NCBI GenBank assembly: GCA_029838195.1
Contig: JALGVJ010000002.1
Location: 96,001-160,000, forward strand
Direction: 5' to 3'
Source: Promethearchaeota archaeon
GTDB lineage: Archaea; Asgardarchaeota; Lokiarchaeia; Sigyniarchaeales; SOKP01
Length of the DNA: 64,000 bases
A model generated the notes under the pieces. It ran no database searches. It was not told the DNA's origin and worked only from the letters and a program-made list of their open reading frames with translations. The position numbers and the translations under genes are program-made. Shown here in pieces: positions 29,614 to 39,947 of the stretch (within the stretch, counting starts at the first letter, position 1; every line of letters starts with the position of its first letter).

Positions 29614-30168
29614 ATGAAAAAACTTCCAACTATTTTTCCCGATGTCTTCATTATAGAACCAGATGTATTTAAAGACGAGAGAGGTTTTTTTTTAGAATCT
29701 TATTCGTATAAAAAGTATAAAGCGTTAGGAATCGATTATATATTTGTTCAAGATAATCATGCTAAATCTAAAATTAATACTATCCGAGGACTTCATTTTT
29801 CACTCTACCCTGGACAAGTTAAGTTGATAAGATGCACGCAAGGAAGAATTTGGGATGTATTTATAGATATACGGCCCACGTCCCCTAATTTTAAAAAATG
29901 GCAAGGTGTTGAATTAACCAGCGACAATTTTTTGCAAGTATTAATTCCCGTAGGTTATGCTCATGGATATGCGGTTCTCTCAGAAACTGCTGAGGTCCAA
30001 TATAAAGTGTCAGAATATTATGATCCCCAATTAGAAAAAGAAATTTATTGGAACGATCCTACTTTAAACATTGACTGGAAAGTAAAGACCCCATTAATTT
30101 CAAATCGAGATAAAAATGCCCCGCTTCTTGATGATTATTTAAAAATCCATCCTGATCCTTTTATCTAA
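29614..30168 (+). CDS. rmlC: dTDP-4-dehydrorhamnose 3,5-epimerase
   Basis: DERGFFLES, QDN, IRGLH, DIRPTSP, GYAHG. Confidence 0.95.
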   Translation: MKKLPTIFPDVFIIEPDVFKDERGFFLESYSYKKYKALGIDYIFVQDNHAKSKINTIRGLHFSLYPGQVKLIRCTQGRIWDVFIDIRPTSPNFKKWQGVELTSDNFLQVLIPVGYAHGYAVLSETAEVQYKVSEYYDPQLEKEIYWNDPTLNIDWKVKTPLISNRDKNAPLLDDYLKIHPDPFI

Positions 30169-30205
30169 GATTTTTTTCCCCTCCTTGATTTCTCCTGTCA
30201 AGAAC

Positions 30206-31711
30206 TTATTCTAAAGATAAATTTGTAATTAATCCAATGAGAAATTTCCATGATTTTTCCACGCTTCTAATTTCCAATCGCTCTTCTGGAGAGTGCGCAT
30301 TTAAGCCCGTAGGCCCATAAGTAATCATTTGAAGTTGAGGATAATGCTGTTTAAATATTCCATTTTCTAAGGTTGCGTGTAAAGCCGTGACATTAAGTTC
30401 TTCTTGAAATAGGTGTTTATAGGTCTTTTTTGCTACGTTCACGATGTGCGAATTAAATTCTGGAGCCCACGCACCATATCCTTCGTAAAAATTTAGTTTA
30501 AATTTACAGTTGAGGCGCTCCAGTAGTTCTTTAATTTGTAAAGCAATTTTTTCATTTTCTTTCAAATTAAAACTTCGTTGCATGAACATTATTTTAATGG
30601 AACGATTTTTCGTAATAATGGAAGAAAGATTAGTAGACGTATGAATTAAATTTTTTACGACGGGATGATACTTCACGGGCCCATTAATTACTGTATTAAG
30701 AAACTGGATAAGTTTTTCTTTTTCTTCCTCAAATATAGCTTTCAATGAAGTTTCAAGATTTAATTCTTCTACATGGATCTTAATATTTCTCTCAATTTTA
30801 GGATTTTCTTTTTTTATTGATTGATAAAAATCATTTATTTTTTTATGTAAATCTTTAACTTCCTTTTTTATAACATGAATGATACACGTGCATTCACGCG
30901 GGATGGAATTCATTTTATCTCCGCCCTTAATTAATTCTAAATGATAGTGGAAATGAGTATTTAACATTTTTAATAGTTTTCCCATTAGAATTATTGCATT
31001 TAATCGTCCCTTATCTATATCTAAAGCACTATGTCCTCCTATGAGTCCAGAAATATGAAGTTTTAGAGAAGTATAATGTTCTATCTCATCATTTAGCTCA
31101 TCAAAATTAATCTTAATCTCAACTTGTGTAGGAGACCCTCCCGCATTTCCAACAATTATAGTATAATCCTCGAATCCATCTAAATTAATTAAATAATCTC
31201 CTTCGATCATGGATTTTTCTAATTGAAATGCTCCAAACATGCTATTTTCTTCATCTACGGTGAATAATAAATCAATTGGGCAATTATTAAATTCGAGTTT
31301 ACCTTCTTTCACTAATTTCATTAATGCTAATTGAAATGCAACTCCTACGCCATTATCAGCACCAAGCGTTGTATTTTCAGCTTTTACCCATTCTCTTCCA
31401 TCAATTTTCACTATTTTCAATTTTAAAGGATCTTTTGAGAAATCATGAGTACTCCCCTTAATCTTCTCACAAACCATATCTAAGTGTGATTGGAGTATAA
31501 TTGGTTTTTTCATAGAATGCCCTTTAATTCTAACTAATAAGTTTCCAATTTTATCTACCTTACTTGCATATCCGAATTTATCTGCTTCTTTTTGAATGTA
31601 GGCTCTAATCTTCTCTTCATGACCAGAGCATCGTGGAATTTTTGATATTTCTTGAAAGTAATACCAAAAATCTTGAGGTTGTCCTAACGATTCAATTTTA
31701 AACTCTTTCAT
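30206..31711 (-). CDS. pepD: Aminoacyl-histidine dipeptidase (M20C)
   Basis: QSHLDMVCEK, TTLGADNG, DEE, GGHS, AHSPEE. Confidence 0.92.
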   Translation of the reverse strand: MKEFKIESLGQPQDFWYYFQEISKIPRCSGHEEKIRAYIQKEADKFGYASKVDKIGNLLVRIKGHSMKKPIILQSHLDMVCEKIKGSTHDFSKDPLKLKIVKIDGREWVKAENTTLGADNGVGVAFQLALMKLVKEGKLEFNNCPIDLLFTVDEENSMFGAFQLEKSMIEGDYLINLDGFEDYTIIVGNAGGSPTQVEIKINFDELNDEIEHYTSLKLHISGLIGGHSALDIDKGRLNAIILMGKLLKMLNTHFHYHLELIKGGDKMNSIPRECTCIIHVIKKEVKDLHKKINDFYQSIKKENPKIERNIKIHVEELNLETSLKAIFEEEKEKLIQFLNTVINGPVKYHPVVKNLIHTSTNLSSIITKNRSIKIMFMQRSFNLKENEKIALQIKELLERLNCKFKLNFYEGYGAWAPEFNSHIVNVAKKTYKHLFQEELNVTALHATLENGIFKQHYPQLQMITYGPTGLNAHSPEERLEIRSVEKSWKFLIGLITNLSLE

Positions 31712-31717
31712 ATTGTT

Positions 31718-33226
31718 TCATTCTAAATTTTTTAATAATTGAATAAAAAAATCCCATGTTCTTTTAACACTTTGAATATTTAGCCTTTCACCCGGCGAAT
31801 GTAGCTCTTTTATATCTGCACCGATTGAAATTAATTCCATATCGGGAAAATGTTTTTTAAAAATTCCGCATTCTAAACCCGCATGAATGGCTTGAATTTG
31901 AGGTTTTTCCTTATATAATTGTTCGTGAGTTTGAATTGCAATTTTGAGCAATTTTGATTCGAATGAAGGCTCCCAACCGGGGTATTCTCCTTCATGAGAA
32001 ATTTCAAAATTCATGTCTGCCAATTTTAGCAAGGCTTCTATTTCTTGATAAATCTGTTTTTTAGATTTTTCATTAAAACTTCTCTGAGTCGTTAATATTG
32101 AGATTTTTCCGTCTTTACACTCGATTGAGGCTAAATTAGTAGAGGTATGAACTAAATTTTGTATTTTCGGATGCATGGAAATAATTCCATGAGGGAAAAT
32201 ATAAAGCATGTGAATGAGTTTTTCCTTAATTATACCTGATAACCCGACCCTATCTTGAGGATCATGAATTTCTTCAATTATAAACCGAATCTCAGGTTCT
32301 AAATTTTTGATTTCTGATTCTAATTCTTGAATAATAGATTTGATAAATTTTAACACTTCTTTTATATTTTTTTCTTCAAAGTATAAAAGGGCTCGCGCTT
32401 CTCGAGGGATAGCATTCCCTAGTTTTCCTCCTTGTATTAAGGAAATACAAAAAAAATAATTGTTATTTAACTCCCATAAAATTTTACTAAGTATTTTTAT
32501 TGCATTGGCCCTGTTTTTATCTATATCAACTCCCGAATGCCCTCCTTTCAAGCCTTGAATGCCGATTTCAAGTGCTTTTGGATTGTTTAACTGAGTTTCC
32601 ACTGGAACTGGTGAATATATTGCATGCCCTTTTGTAGTTATACCTCCTGCACAACCAATAATGAATTTTTCAGAGTCTCCATCTAAATTAATGAAATACT
32701 TCCCTTTAATCAATGATTTATCAAAATTAACTGCTCCAATCAATCCTATTTCTTCTTGTACCGTAAAAATTAAATATAAATTTTTCTTAGGAAATGATAC
32801 CTCTTTTGAATGGATTTTTTTCATTAACGTTAGGAGATAGCAGATTCCAACGCCATTATCGGCGCCTAAAGTGGTACCATCTGCTGATAACCATTCAACT
32901 CCGTCAACTTTAATGATTTTTAAAGGTATTGGATCTTTTGAAAAGTTGAATTTTTTCGATTCTTCCTTTTCACAAACCATATCCAGGTGACTCTGGCATG
33001 CTAAACCCAAATTATTTTCCTCGTTTCCAGTTCCTATAATTTTAATAACCAAATTTCCAAAATTATCTATTGTGGAAGAAAATCCTAAATTATTTGCTTC
33101 AGTTATGATATAATCTCTAATCTTCTCTTCCCTTGAAGAACATCGAGGGATTGTGGATATCTTAATAAAATAATCCCAAAATTCGGGAAAATTAAGATTC
33201 TTGTTTAATCTTTCCTTAATTTGAAT
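31718..33226 (-). CDS. pepD: Aminoacyl-histidine dipeptidase paralog with probable non-canonical ATT start
   Basis: Same motifs plus HAGLECG. The frame stays open upstream of 33052 and encodes FWDYFIKISTIPRCSSREEKIRDYI, with no ATG/GTG/TTG in that stretch. Confidence 0.85.
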   Translation of the reverse strand: MQIKERLNKNLNFPEFWDYFIKISTIPRCSSREEKIRDYIITEANNLGFSSTIDNFGNLVIKIIGTGNEENNLGLACQSHLDMVCEKEESKKFNFSKDPIPLKIIKVDGVEWLSADGTTLGADNGVGICYLLTLMKKIHSKEVSFPKKNLYLIFTVQEEIGLIGAVNFDKSLIKGKYFINLDGDSEKFIIGCAGGITTKGHAIYSPVPVETQLNNPKALEIGIQGLKGGHSGVDIDKNRANAIKILSKILWELNNNYFFCISLIQGGKLGNAIPREARALLYFEEKNIKEVLKFIKSIIQELESEIKNLEPEIRFIIEEIHDPQDRVGLSGIIKEKLIHMLYIFPHGIISMHPKIQNLVHTSTNLASIECKDGKISILTTQRSFNEKSKKQIYQEIEALLKLADMNFEISHEGEYPGWEPSFESKLLKIAIQTHEQLYKEKPQIQAIHAGLECGIFKKHFPDMELISIGADIKELHSPGERLNIQSVKRTWDFFIQLLKNLE

Positions 33227-33598
33227 AGTAATCCCCTGAAATGTTTCATGACTTTTTTTGGTTTTTTCTAAATGGAAGGGATTAATTTCATGAATCTTAG
33301 ATTAATATAAATACTTTAACCTTTTCAGTCTCTCATGCATTAATTAGATCCGTAAATCATGACAAAAAAGAGACATTTATAATTAAGTATTTAGGCATTC
33401 TAAGTTTCATAAAAAAAAAATCATCTTTCCATGCATGAGGATTTCCCATGCTTTCTAATTACTTATGTTAGGCAAATATTTTTAAAAATTTAGTTTTTAA
33501 ATACTAAAGTAAAAAGAGAATAATTAATTATCAATAAAAAAGGATTCATTATGATAATATGAACTTTATTTCCACCTTTTATTATTTGATGATAAAGA

Positions 33599-34267
33599 TC
33601 ATGGTTTATTTTGATGCATGTAATTCAAAATATATTTTTTTACTTGGTTGGCGGGTTGAATGATGCCAAAATGACCTTCACAGAGAATATCTGCTCCTAA
33701 ATCTAATAATTTTTGCATGGATTCTTGGTAATCCTTTAAATTGGAACCAAAACTTTTCATAAACGGCCCGTGAATGTCTTGTCCAAAAAGAATTTTCTTT
33801 CCTTCTATATCTAATAATACCGAAATTGAACCCGGGGTGTGTCCTGGTGTGTGAATGCATTGAAATTCTAAATTTCCAAATTTTAAAATTTCTATGGGAT
33901 TGCTAAATTTTTTATATAATTTAATTGGTTCATATATTACACCATACCACGAAGCAGCCGTTTGTGAATCATGGCCTTTTTCTTCAATGGGCTTGGAATC
34001 CAATTCATGGGCATAAAACTTAACATTTGGGTTAATTAATTTCAAATCGTGGCAAGCACCGATGTGATCGATATGAAAATGCGTGATAATGCAATGTTTA
34101 ATATCGATGGGATTAAATCCTTGTTTTTGAATTCCCTTTATTAAATTAATATCCATGCCACAATCAATTAATATTAAGCCATCTGGACTTCTACTATCAA
34201 TTAAATAAACTTCGCATCCAGAATTTCCCAAATCATATACATTTTTTACAATTTCTTTCATGGACAC
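33599..34267 (-). CDS. MBL-fold metallo-hydrolase (glyoxalase II-like)
   Basis: THFHIDH, HTPGHTPG, GQD, EGH. Confidence 0.9.
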   Translation of the reverse strand: MSMKEIVKNVYDLGNSGCEVYLIDSRSPDGLILIDCGMDINLIKGIQKQGFNPIDIKHCIITHFHIDHIGACHDLKLINPNVKFYAHELDSKPIEEKGHDSQTAASWYGVIYEPIKLYKKFSNPIEILKFGNLEFQCIHTPGHTPGSISVLLDIEGKKILFGQDIHGPFMKSFGSNLKDYQESMQKLLDLGADILCEGHFGIIQPANQVKKYILNYMHQNKP

Positions 34268-34607
34268 TTAACCAATAAATATAATATTTACCTTTTTAAA
34301 TTTTGATTATCATTTTTTTAGTTAGATAAAATCAATTGTAAATAGTAATTCTCTAAGTAAATTAAAAAATTTGTTATTTATAAGATTAAATTTTCTTATT
34401 AAGAACGAGATATTCAAATTAACATGCCCTTTTTTGTTAAAGCATTAAGAAACGGAAAAATATAAGGTTATTAATAATATTTTAAATAAAAAGAGATTCA
34501 ATTCGTTTCTTGTTTATTAAATGAAAAAAATAGAATTTGGAATTAATTTTTTCCATAAAATAATTTAATCGTCGAAATTCCATGCGGATCTTAAAAATTT
34601 TGATTTC

Positions 34608-35408
34608 CTAATCTCTTTTTACTTTATTCGAATAGAATTTATTATATAGCAATAATGTAATTAATGCGGCCATTTCACTGCTAAATAGCACATCAGAACA
34701 ATAATGAGCACCGAGAACTACCCTCGACGCAGCTACAAATACGCCCCAACCAATAATTACCACGATTCCTATTATTTTCCAAGGATCTTTCCAAGATTTA
34801 TTACGCAATAAGATTAAAAATGGTAAAAACATGAATCCCATGCTAGCATGCCCGGAAGGAAAAGATCGATTTCCGGTAATACCATTAGGCACGTACCATG
34901 GAGTGTAGTTCGAAAAATCGGGATTTAAATCACGAAATCGAACTCTACCCCATAAAATTTTAATGGATTGAACAAATAGCAGAACGTTTATTAAAGCTAA
35001 TAAGACTACCACGCCAGCAAATTTTCGATATTGTCGCCAATCTTTATTAAAGGTTAATAAAGTAAAGGCGGAAACTGAAATAATTTCAGCCGAAGTGTCT
35101 AATATTTCTTTAAAATCAGCATCCATGACGGCGGGTATTAACATGATAAATGCGATGACGAGCATTATAACGCCTCCAATTTTTTGTTTTTTAATATCGG
35201 TAGTTATACTTCCAATAGTAATGGCGAGTGCCGTAAATATGAGTCCCCATCCTGGAGATTCTCCAAAATCTCTTCCAAATTGCCCCCAAACAGAATTTTC
35301 GTTCACGATTGCGATGGAAATTTCTAAATCATATATTCCGAAGATAATTGAAAGTACACCCCAACTAATTAAAATGAAAGACAACATTAATTTAGAGAAA
35401 TTATTCAT
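34608..35408 (-). CDS. PAP2-family membrane phosphatase
   Basis: KILWGRVR, SFPSGH, SRVVLGAHYCSD. Confidence 0.9.
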   Translation of the reverse strand: MNNFSKLMLSFILISWGVLSIIFGIYDLEISIAIVNENSVWGQFGRDFGESPGWGLIFTALAITIGSITTDIKKQKIGGVIMLVIAFIMLIPAVMDADFKEILDTSAEIISVSAFTLLTFNKDWRQYRKFAGVVVLLALINVLLFVQSIKILWGRVRFRDLNPDFSNYTPWYVPNGITGNRSFPSGHASMGFMFLPFLILLRNKSWKDPWKIIGIVVIIGWGVFVAASRVVLGAHYCSDVLFSSEMAALITLLLYNKFYSNKVKRD

Positions 35409-35498
35409 GATATGTTCTTCTTTTAATTGTAGTTCAAATGATTAATTTTCTAATAATATGTTTACTAATTTTATTATCATTAGCGAAAATATAAGCTT

Positions 35499-36239
35499 TT
35501 ACCTTTTGTAATTTAATTTATTCTTGTATTCATTCAAAATATCCGGATAATCGGTATAAAGCGCTTTAACTTTCTTTCCGTTATATTCTAATTCGAGTAA
35601 GGGTTTCATCCTCGTTTTTAAATTAACATCCCATACAAAAACATTAAAATGATGTTTAGTAAGGATTTTAAAATTTTCTCTCACGTAGATGTTATTTTTA
35701 ATGTTTACGGCCAAAACATTAATTTTCTTGAGTTTTTTTATGTTGACATTATTTAAATTTATTTTTTTAATGAAAAAAGGGAGCGTGTGAACTAAGGAAA
35801 TATCGGGAAAAATTTTTCTCAACCACGCGAGTACGCTTAATCTTTGGTCTGTAATCAAGATATTTTCAATAAGGGAAAATTTTTTAGCCAATTCAATTGC
35901 TTTTTTCCCCACGTGTCTATCCGATATATCAAAACTAAAATATAAATTATTATTAAAAATGCGAAATTCTTCAAAAACTTCCTCTAAAGTAGGTATGATT
36001 CTGTCATCTTTAAATGGGAGATTTTTAATTTCTTGTAATGTTAATTTTGAGATATTAAGGTTAGAGGTATTTATTTTAACATGAGGATCATGAAAACATA
36101 TGATTTTTTTATCTCTTGTCATTCTTAAATCGGTTTCGATTCCGGCACCCATTTGTACTGCTTTTCTAAAACATGGGATGGTATTTTCAATACAATATCC
36201 CATGGCACCTCGATGACCAAAAATGTAATGTTCTTCCAT
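35499..36239 (-). CDS. Glycerophosphodiester phosphodiesterase family protein
   Basis: GHRGA...ENT, ETD...T.D...HD, IPTLEE, TDYPD. Confidence 0.9.
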   Translation of the reverse strand: MEEHYIFGHRGAMGYCIENTIPCFRKAVQMGAGIETDLRMTRDKKIICFHDPHVKINTSNLNISKLTLQEIKNLPFKDDRIIPTLEEVFEEFRIFNNNLYFSFDISDRHVGKKAIELAKKFSLIENILITDQRLSVLAWLRKIFPDISLVHTLPFFIKKINLNNVNIKKLKKINVLAVNIKNNIYVRENFKILTKHHFNVFVWDVNLKTRMKPLLELEYNGKKVKALYTDYPDILNEYKNKLNYKR

Positions 36240-36334
36240 TTGAATTCACAGAATTCGAGGGTTAATTATCGTCAAAAAAGATAGTTTATTAAGAATTTTA
36301 AATTACTACTATTATTTAAAATAAACACGCAAAA

Positions 36335-37183
36335 ATGAAAAAAATGGAGAATAATAATAATCAATCAACTATTAAAAATGGAGAAGATAAAAAAACATTT
36401 TCTAAAAAGCTAAAAAATTACATGAAAAATCTATTAGATTTTTCCCAATTTGATAAAATAACAATATTTTATATCATAATCTTTATAGCTGTAATGGGTA
36501 TCACGGTTTATGTGTTATATTATATGGTTTTTGTTGATGATACTTTTCTTTATCAAATTGTAGTTGAATGGATTGTCAACCCAATTTATCTACTGGGAAT
36601 TTTTGGGATCTTTCTTTTCTTACTAATTATGACTCTCCAAGGTATCATCGCTCCTATTCCATCGGAGGTTGTTTTAATTGCTACGGGCATGATTTATGGA
36701 TTTGTTGTTGGAGGAATTATGGGAACTATTGGTTCTGTTGCTGCAGGTGTCTTCTGTTTTTATTTAAGTAGAAAAGGAGGAAGACCTTTAGCAGAGAAAT
36801 TTGTAGGCACTAATGCTTTACTTTTAATCGATGAATTAATTCATAAATACGGTTCCGGGATTATCGTTGTCGCACGATTTTTACCTTTCATTCCCTTTGA
36901 TCCCGTTTCCTATGCCGCAGGGCTTGTAGATATGGATTCAAAGAAATATACCTTAGCCACGTTTCTAGGATCCATTCCTCGTGCTTTTTTTTACGCGTAT
37001 CTTGGAGCTTCATTAGGAGTGCAACCCCCTGTCAATATAGCCGATTTAGACCCCGCCCAATTTCAATATCAAGCTTCATTGTTTAACATGATTTTATTGG
37101 TCATAGCGGTCGTTTTAATAATCGGTTTCGGCACGTATTACCTCTATAGCCTATATTGGCAAAAGAAGAAAGGATTACGATAA
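36335..37183 (+). CDS. TVP38/TMEM64 (DedA/VTT) membrane protein
   Basis: APIPSEV...GMIYG, ARFLPFIPFDPVSYAAG. Confidence 0.9.
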   Translation: MKKMENNNNQSTIKNGEDKKTFSKKLKNYMKNLLDFSQFDKITIFYIIIFIAVMGITVYVLYYMVFVDDTFLYQIVVEWIVNPIYLLGIFGIFLFLLIMTLQGIIAPIPSEVVLIATGMIYGFVVGGIMGTIGSVAAGVFCFYLSRKGGRPLAEKFVGTNALLLIDELIHKYGSGIIVVARFLPFIPFDPVSYAAGLVDMDSKKYTLATFLGSIPRAFFYAYLGASLGVQPPVNIADLDPAQFQYQASLFNMILLVIAVVLIIGFGTYYLYSLYWQKKKGLR

Positions 37184-37227
37184 AAAAATAAAATTCTTAA
37201 TGAGCAATAATAATTATCTTTTTCTAA

Positions 37228-38268
37228 TTAATTACATATTATTTTTTTTAAAAATTTTAGGAGCCAAGCAGTTAAAACGGGTTGTAAATCATTTTTCCAT
37301 GCCAATCCATCTAATTTTTTCATGGCTCCTTTTTCCCTAATATGCTTCAATTGAGAGTCTAAATCTTCTAGTAAAGTTTCTTTCCGGTATATTCTTTTAT
37401 ACTTTTCCGTTAGACCCGAATGTATGTCTCTGATTAAACTTTCTTTCATTAGAGATTCAAATTCTTTTAATTCATAAAAACTTCCAAATTTGAAATAACC
37501 CGTGAGGAACTGAGCCACGGCTTTTTCTATTTCCTTCTCAAGAATTTCAGTTTTAGCAATGCAATAAGATTTAATTAGCCGCTCTAGAAGAGAACCATTG
37601 AATTCACAAGCAAGGAGCCGCTTGTTATTTTTTTTAGAAAAGAGTTCCTTTTTGATTGTATTTTGTTCTCGCCTTGATTTTAAGACATCAGTATAATCTG
37701 CTTTTATGATAGATGATAGACCCGTGCGTAATGTATTAATTCTAGTGGAGATTTTTTTATTTCCAAGGAAAAGTGTGGGAGAATAGTTTACATATTTTGA
37801 TTCTAATTTTTCAAGCTCTTCTGATGATTCTATAAAATTCGTAAAAAAATGGTGATAAAGCAAGCTTACATCATGTTCTTTTATGTTTTCATTAAATAAG
37901 TTGAATCGAAGATATTCATCATAATCAAGAAAGAATTTAAAAATGCAATCATCTACGGGTAAGTCATTGTCATTTTCAGGGTAATTTGTCCTCACTAAGT
38001 ATTTTTTATATGATAATCGAATTTCTTGGGCTCTAATCCATTCAAATGCCAAATGTGTTAAAGTTTTCCCTTTTTTTAATTTTTCTTCATATTTTTTTAA
38101 GAAAAAAGTTAGATATTTTATTGAATTTCCGATGGAATTATTTAATAAGAATCTAGCAGTTATTTCTTCTTGGGAATGAGAAGAAAACTGATTTTTTACT
38201 CGTTTATAAAAAAAATTTAATTTTTTTTCATCGATTTTATATAATTGTTCAATCTCTCTTTTTATCAT
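37228..38268 (-). CDS. Hypothetical protein
   Basis: 346-aa ORF; no motif recognised. Confidence 0.6.
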   Translation of the reverse strand: MIKREIEQLYKIDEKKLNFFYKRVKNQFSSHSQEEITARFLLNNSIGNSIKYLTFFLKKYEEKLKKGKTLTHLAFEWIRAQEIRLSYKKYLVRTNYPENDNDLPVDDCIFKFFLDYDEYLRFNLFNENIKEHDVSLLYHHFFTNFIESSEELEKLESKYVNYSPTLFLGNKKISTRINTLRTGLSSIIKADYTDVLKSRREQNTIKKELFSKKNNKRLLACEFNGSLLERLIKSYCIAKTEILEKEIEKAVAQFLTGYFKFGSFYELKEFESLMKESLIRDIHSGLTEKYKRIYRKETLLEDLDSQLKHIREKGAMKKLDGLAWKNDLQPVLTAWLLKFLKKIICN

Positions 38269-38289
38269 TTTCTCATCACTTAATATGAA

Positions 38290-39303
38290 TTATTCTCTTT
38301 TATCTAAAAGAAGCTTAATTTTATTCAATTCTTCCTCAGAATTAAGGCCCCAAGGAGTTAGATTCAATTCGGAATTTATCTCAATAATTAAATCATCTAA
38401 ATTTTTTTTTGAATCTAAACCACTTCTTAATTTTTTTCTAAAAAATGCTATATTAGTTGGAAATCCTTCCTTTTTTATATTTGTAGGAGTCAATATTACA
38501 CCATAACTTTTTTTATGAGAATTTGAAATAAGGAATTCTTCTAAATAGAAAATCTTCTTTTGGTTTGAGCTTAAATTAATTTGTCGAATGTTAGAGTACA
38601 CTCCTCTAATTTCAAATAAATTCAAGGTTTCATTGATTAGCTTCTCGTAATAGTCTGGTAAAACAGCTAATACATAAAAAGAAGGAAGTTCCTTTCCGTG
38701 CTGTTTTATAAATGAAGGATCAAATGTATACAGGTTTCCTTGTTTACTTTTGCCGACACTTTCTCTCTCGATAACTCCTAAGCATTCATATCTTGTTTGC
38801 TCTTCCCAATATATTTTTCTTGCAGCTCCTAGTGAATAATTAATCAAATTAAGACCTCTTTTTAACTCATTTTTTATGATTAATTCTTCATTTACTTGGC
38901 TTTTTGAAGCTTTATTAATATAACGATCTTCGATGATGCTAGGATGAATGTATTTCTTTAATTCATCATGGATTAGCCTTATATCTTCAGTATAAGGAGA
39001 ACCAATAAAGGTAAATAGGTTTGTCGTGCCTTGTTCAGTCTCCAAGTGGGAATTTAAGCCAAAAAACGATTGAATCACATCAATATCAGTTGAATTTTTT
39101 ATATCTAAAGAAAGGCTCGATTCTATCAATTCAATTTTCCATTGACCAAATTCAATGTCCGATTCGGCCAAAAAAACAGGTCCTAAAAACTTAAAACTTA
39201 GCATTTTCAAGTTATCCACGTTTTCCGCAGATATCTCTCGAGAATATTTAATTCTCTCATATACTAATTTATTTTCATCTGAGAAGAACAAACCACTTAG
39301 CAA
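38290..39303 (-). CDS. Hypothetical protein
   Basis: 337-aa ORF with TTG start; probably co-transcribed with 37228-38268 (21-nt gap). Confidence 0.6.
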   Translation of the reverse strand: MLSGLFFSDENKLVYERIKYSREISAENVDNLKMLSFKFLGPVFLAESDIEFGQWKIELIESSLSLDIKNSTDIDVIQSFFGLNSHLETEQGTTNLFTFIGSPYTEDIRLIHDELKKYIHPSIIEDRYINKASKSQVNEELIIKNELKRGLNLINYSLGAARKIYWEEQTRYECLGVIERESVGKSKQGNLYTFDPSFIKQHGKELPSFYVLAVLPDYYEKLINETLNLFEIRGVYSNIRQINLSSNQKKIFYLEEFLISNSHKKSYGVILTPTNIKKEGFPTNIAFFRKKLRSGLDSKKNLDDLIIEINSELNLTPWGLNSEEELNKIKLLLDKRE

Positions 39304-39947
39304 AATAAACCCCTAAATTAAAATATAAAGTATTAAACACAATCTTAATATTTCAAAAAATTATAATTTAAAATACTTTCGTTTTAATAAAATAAATTTT
39401 GCTATTAATATCTTATTCAATCTCGTAAAGATATTTGGAAAGCTCTTGTTTAAATAAAAGTTTTATTTTCTTAATCTCAAACACGAATTTCTTTAATTAA
39501 AATAAAGCATGATCATGAATACTAGTGAAAATTTTGAAGAAATATTAAAAAAATTTTTTTTAGAGGAATTAGAAAGTATAAAAAACGAATTGGATTGCTT
39601 TTTTTAAAAAAAATAAACAAAAATTGACAGAAAAGGAGAAAAAATTAGGTAAATCAATTATTGATTATTACATTCCTAATATTAAAGAAATAGGTAATGG
39701 AGAATAAAAATTCAATTATCTCCAATCATGAAAAAAGGAAATCAAAACACCTTGACCTTTTCTAACCTATAAATTAATTTCAATTGAAAAACATTTATTA
39801 CTTAGGCTTTTGATATGATCTATTCTTTTTGGAGTGTAATGATTTCAATCATTATAATTCCCCTCACTATGGTACATGTAAAAATTATTTAATACATGCT
39901 TTAAATTATTATATTAATTAAAAATAAGGTAAAATCTTTTATTCTTC

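Noticed and set aside
31718-33226. Frameshifted pepD pseudogene
   Set aside because: The missing N-terminus is present in the same frame with no stop.
39509-39607. 32-aa acidic small ORF (MIMNTSENFEEILKKFFLEELESIKNELDCFF)
   Set aside because: Short, with no recognisable homology or clear SD; cannot be distinguished from chance.
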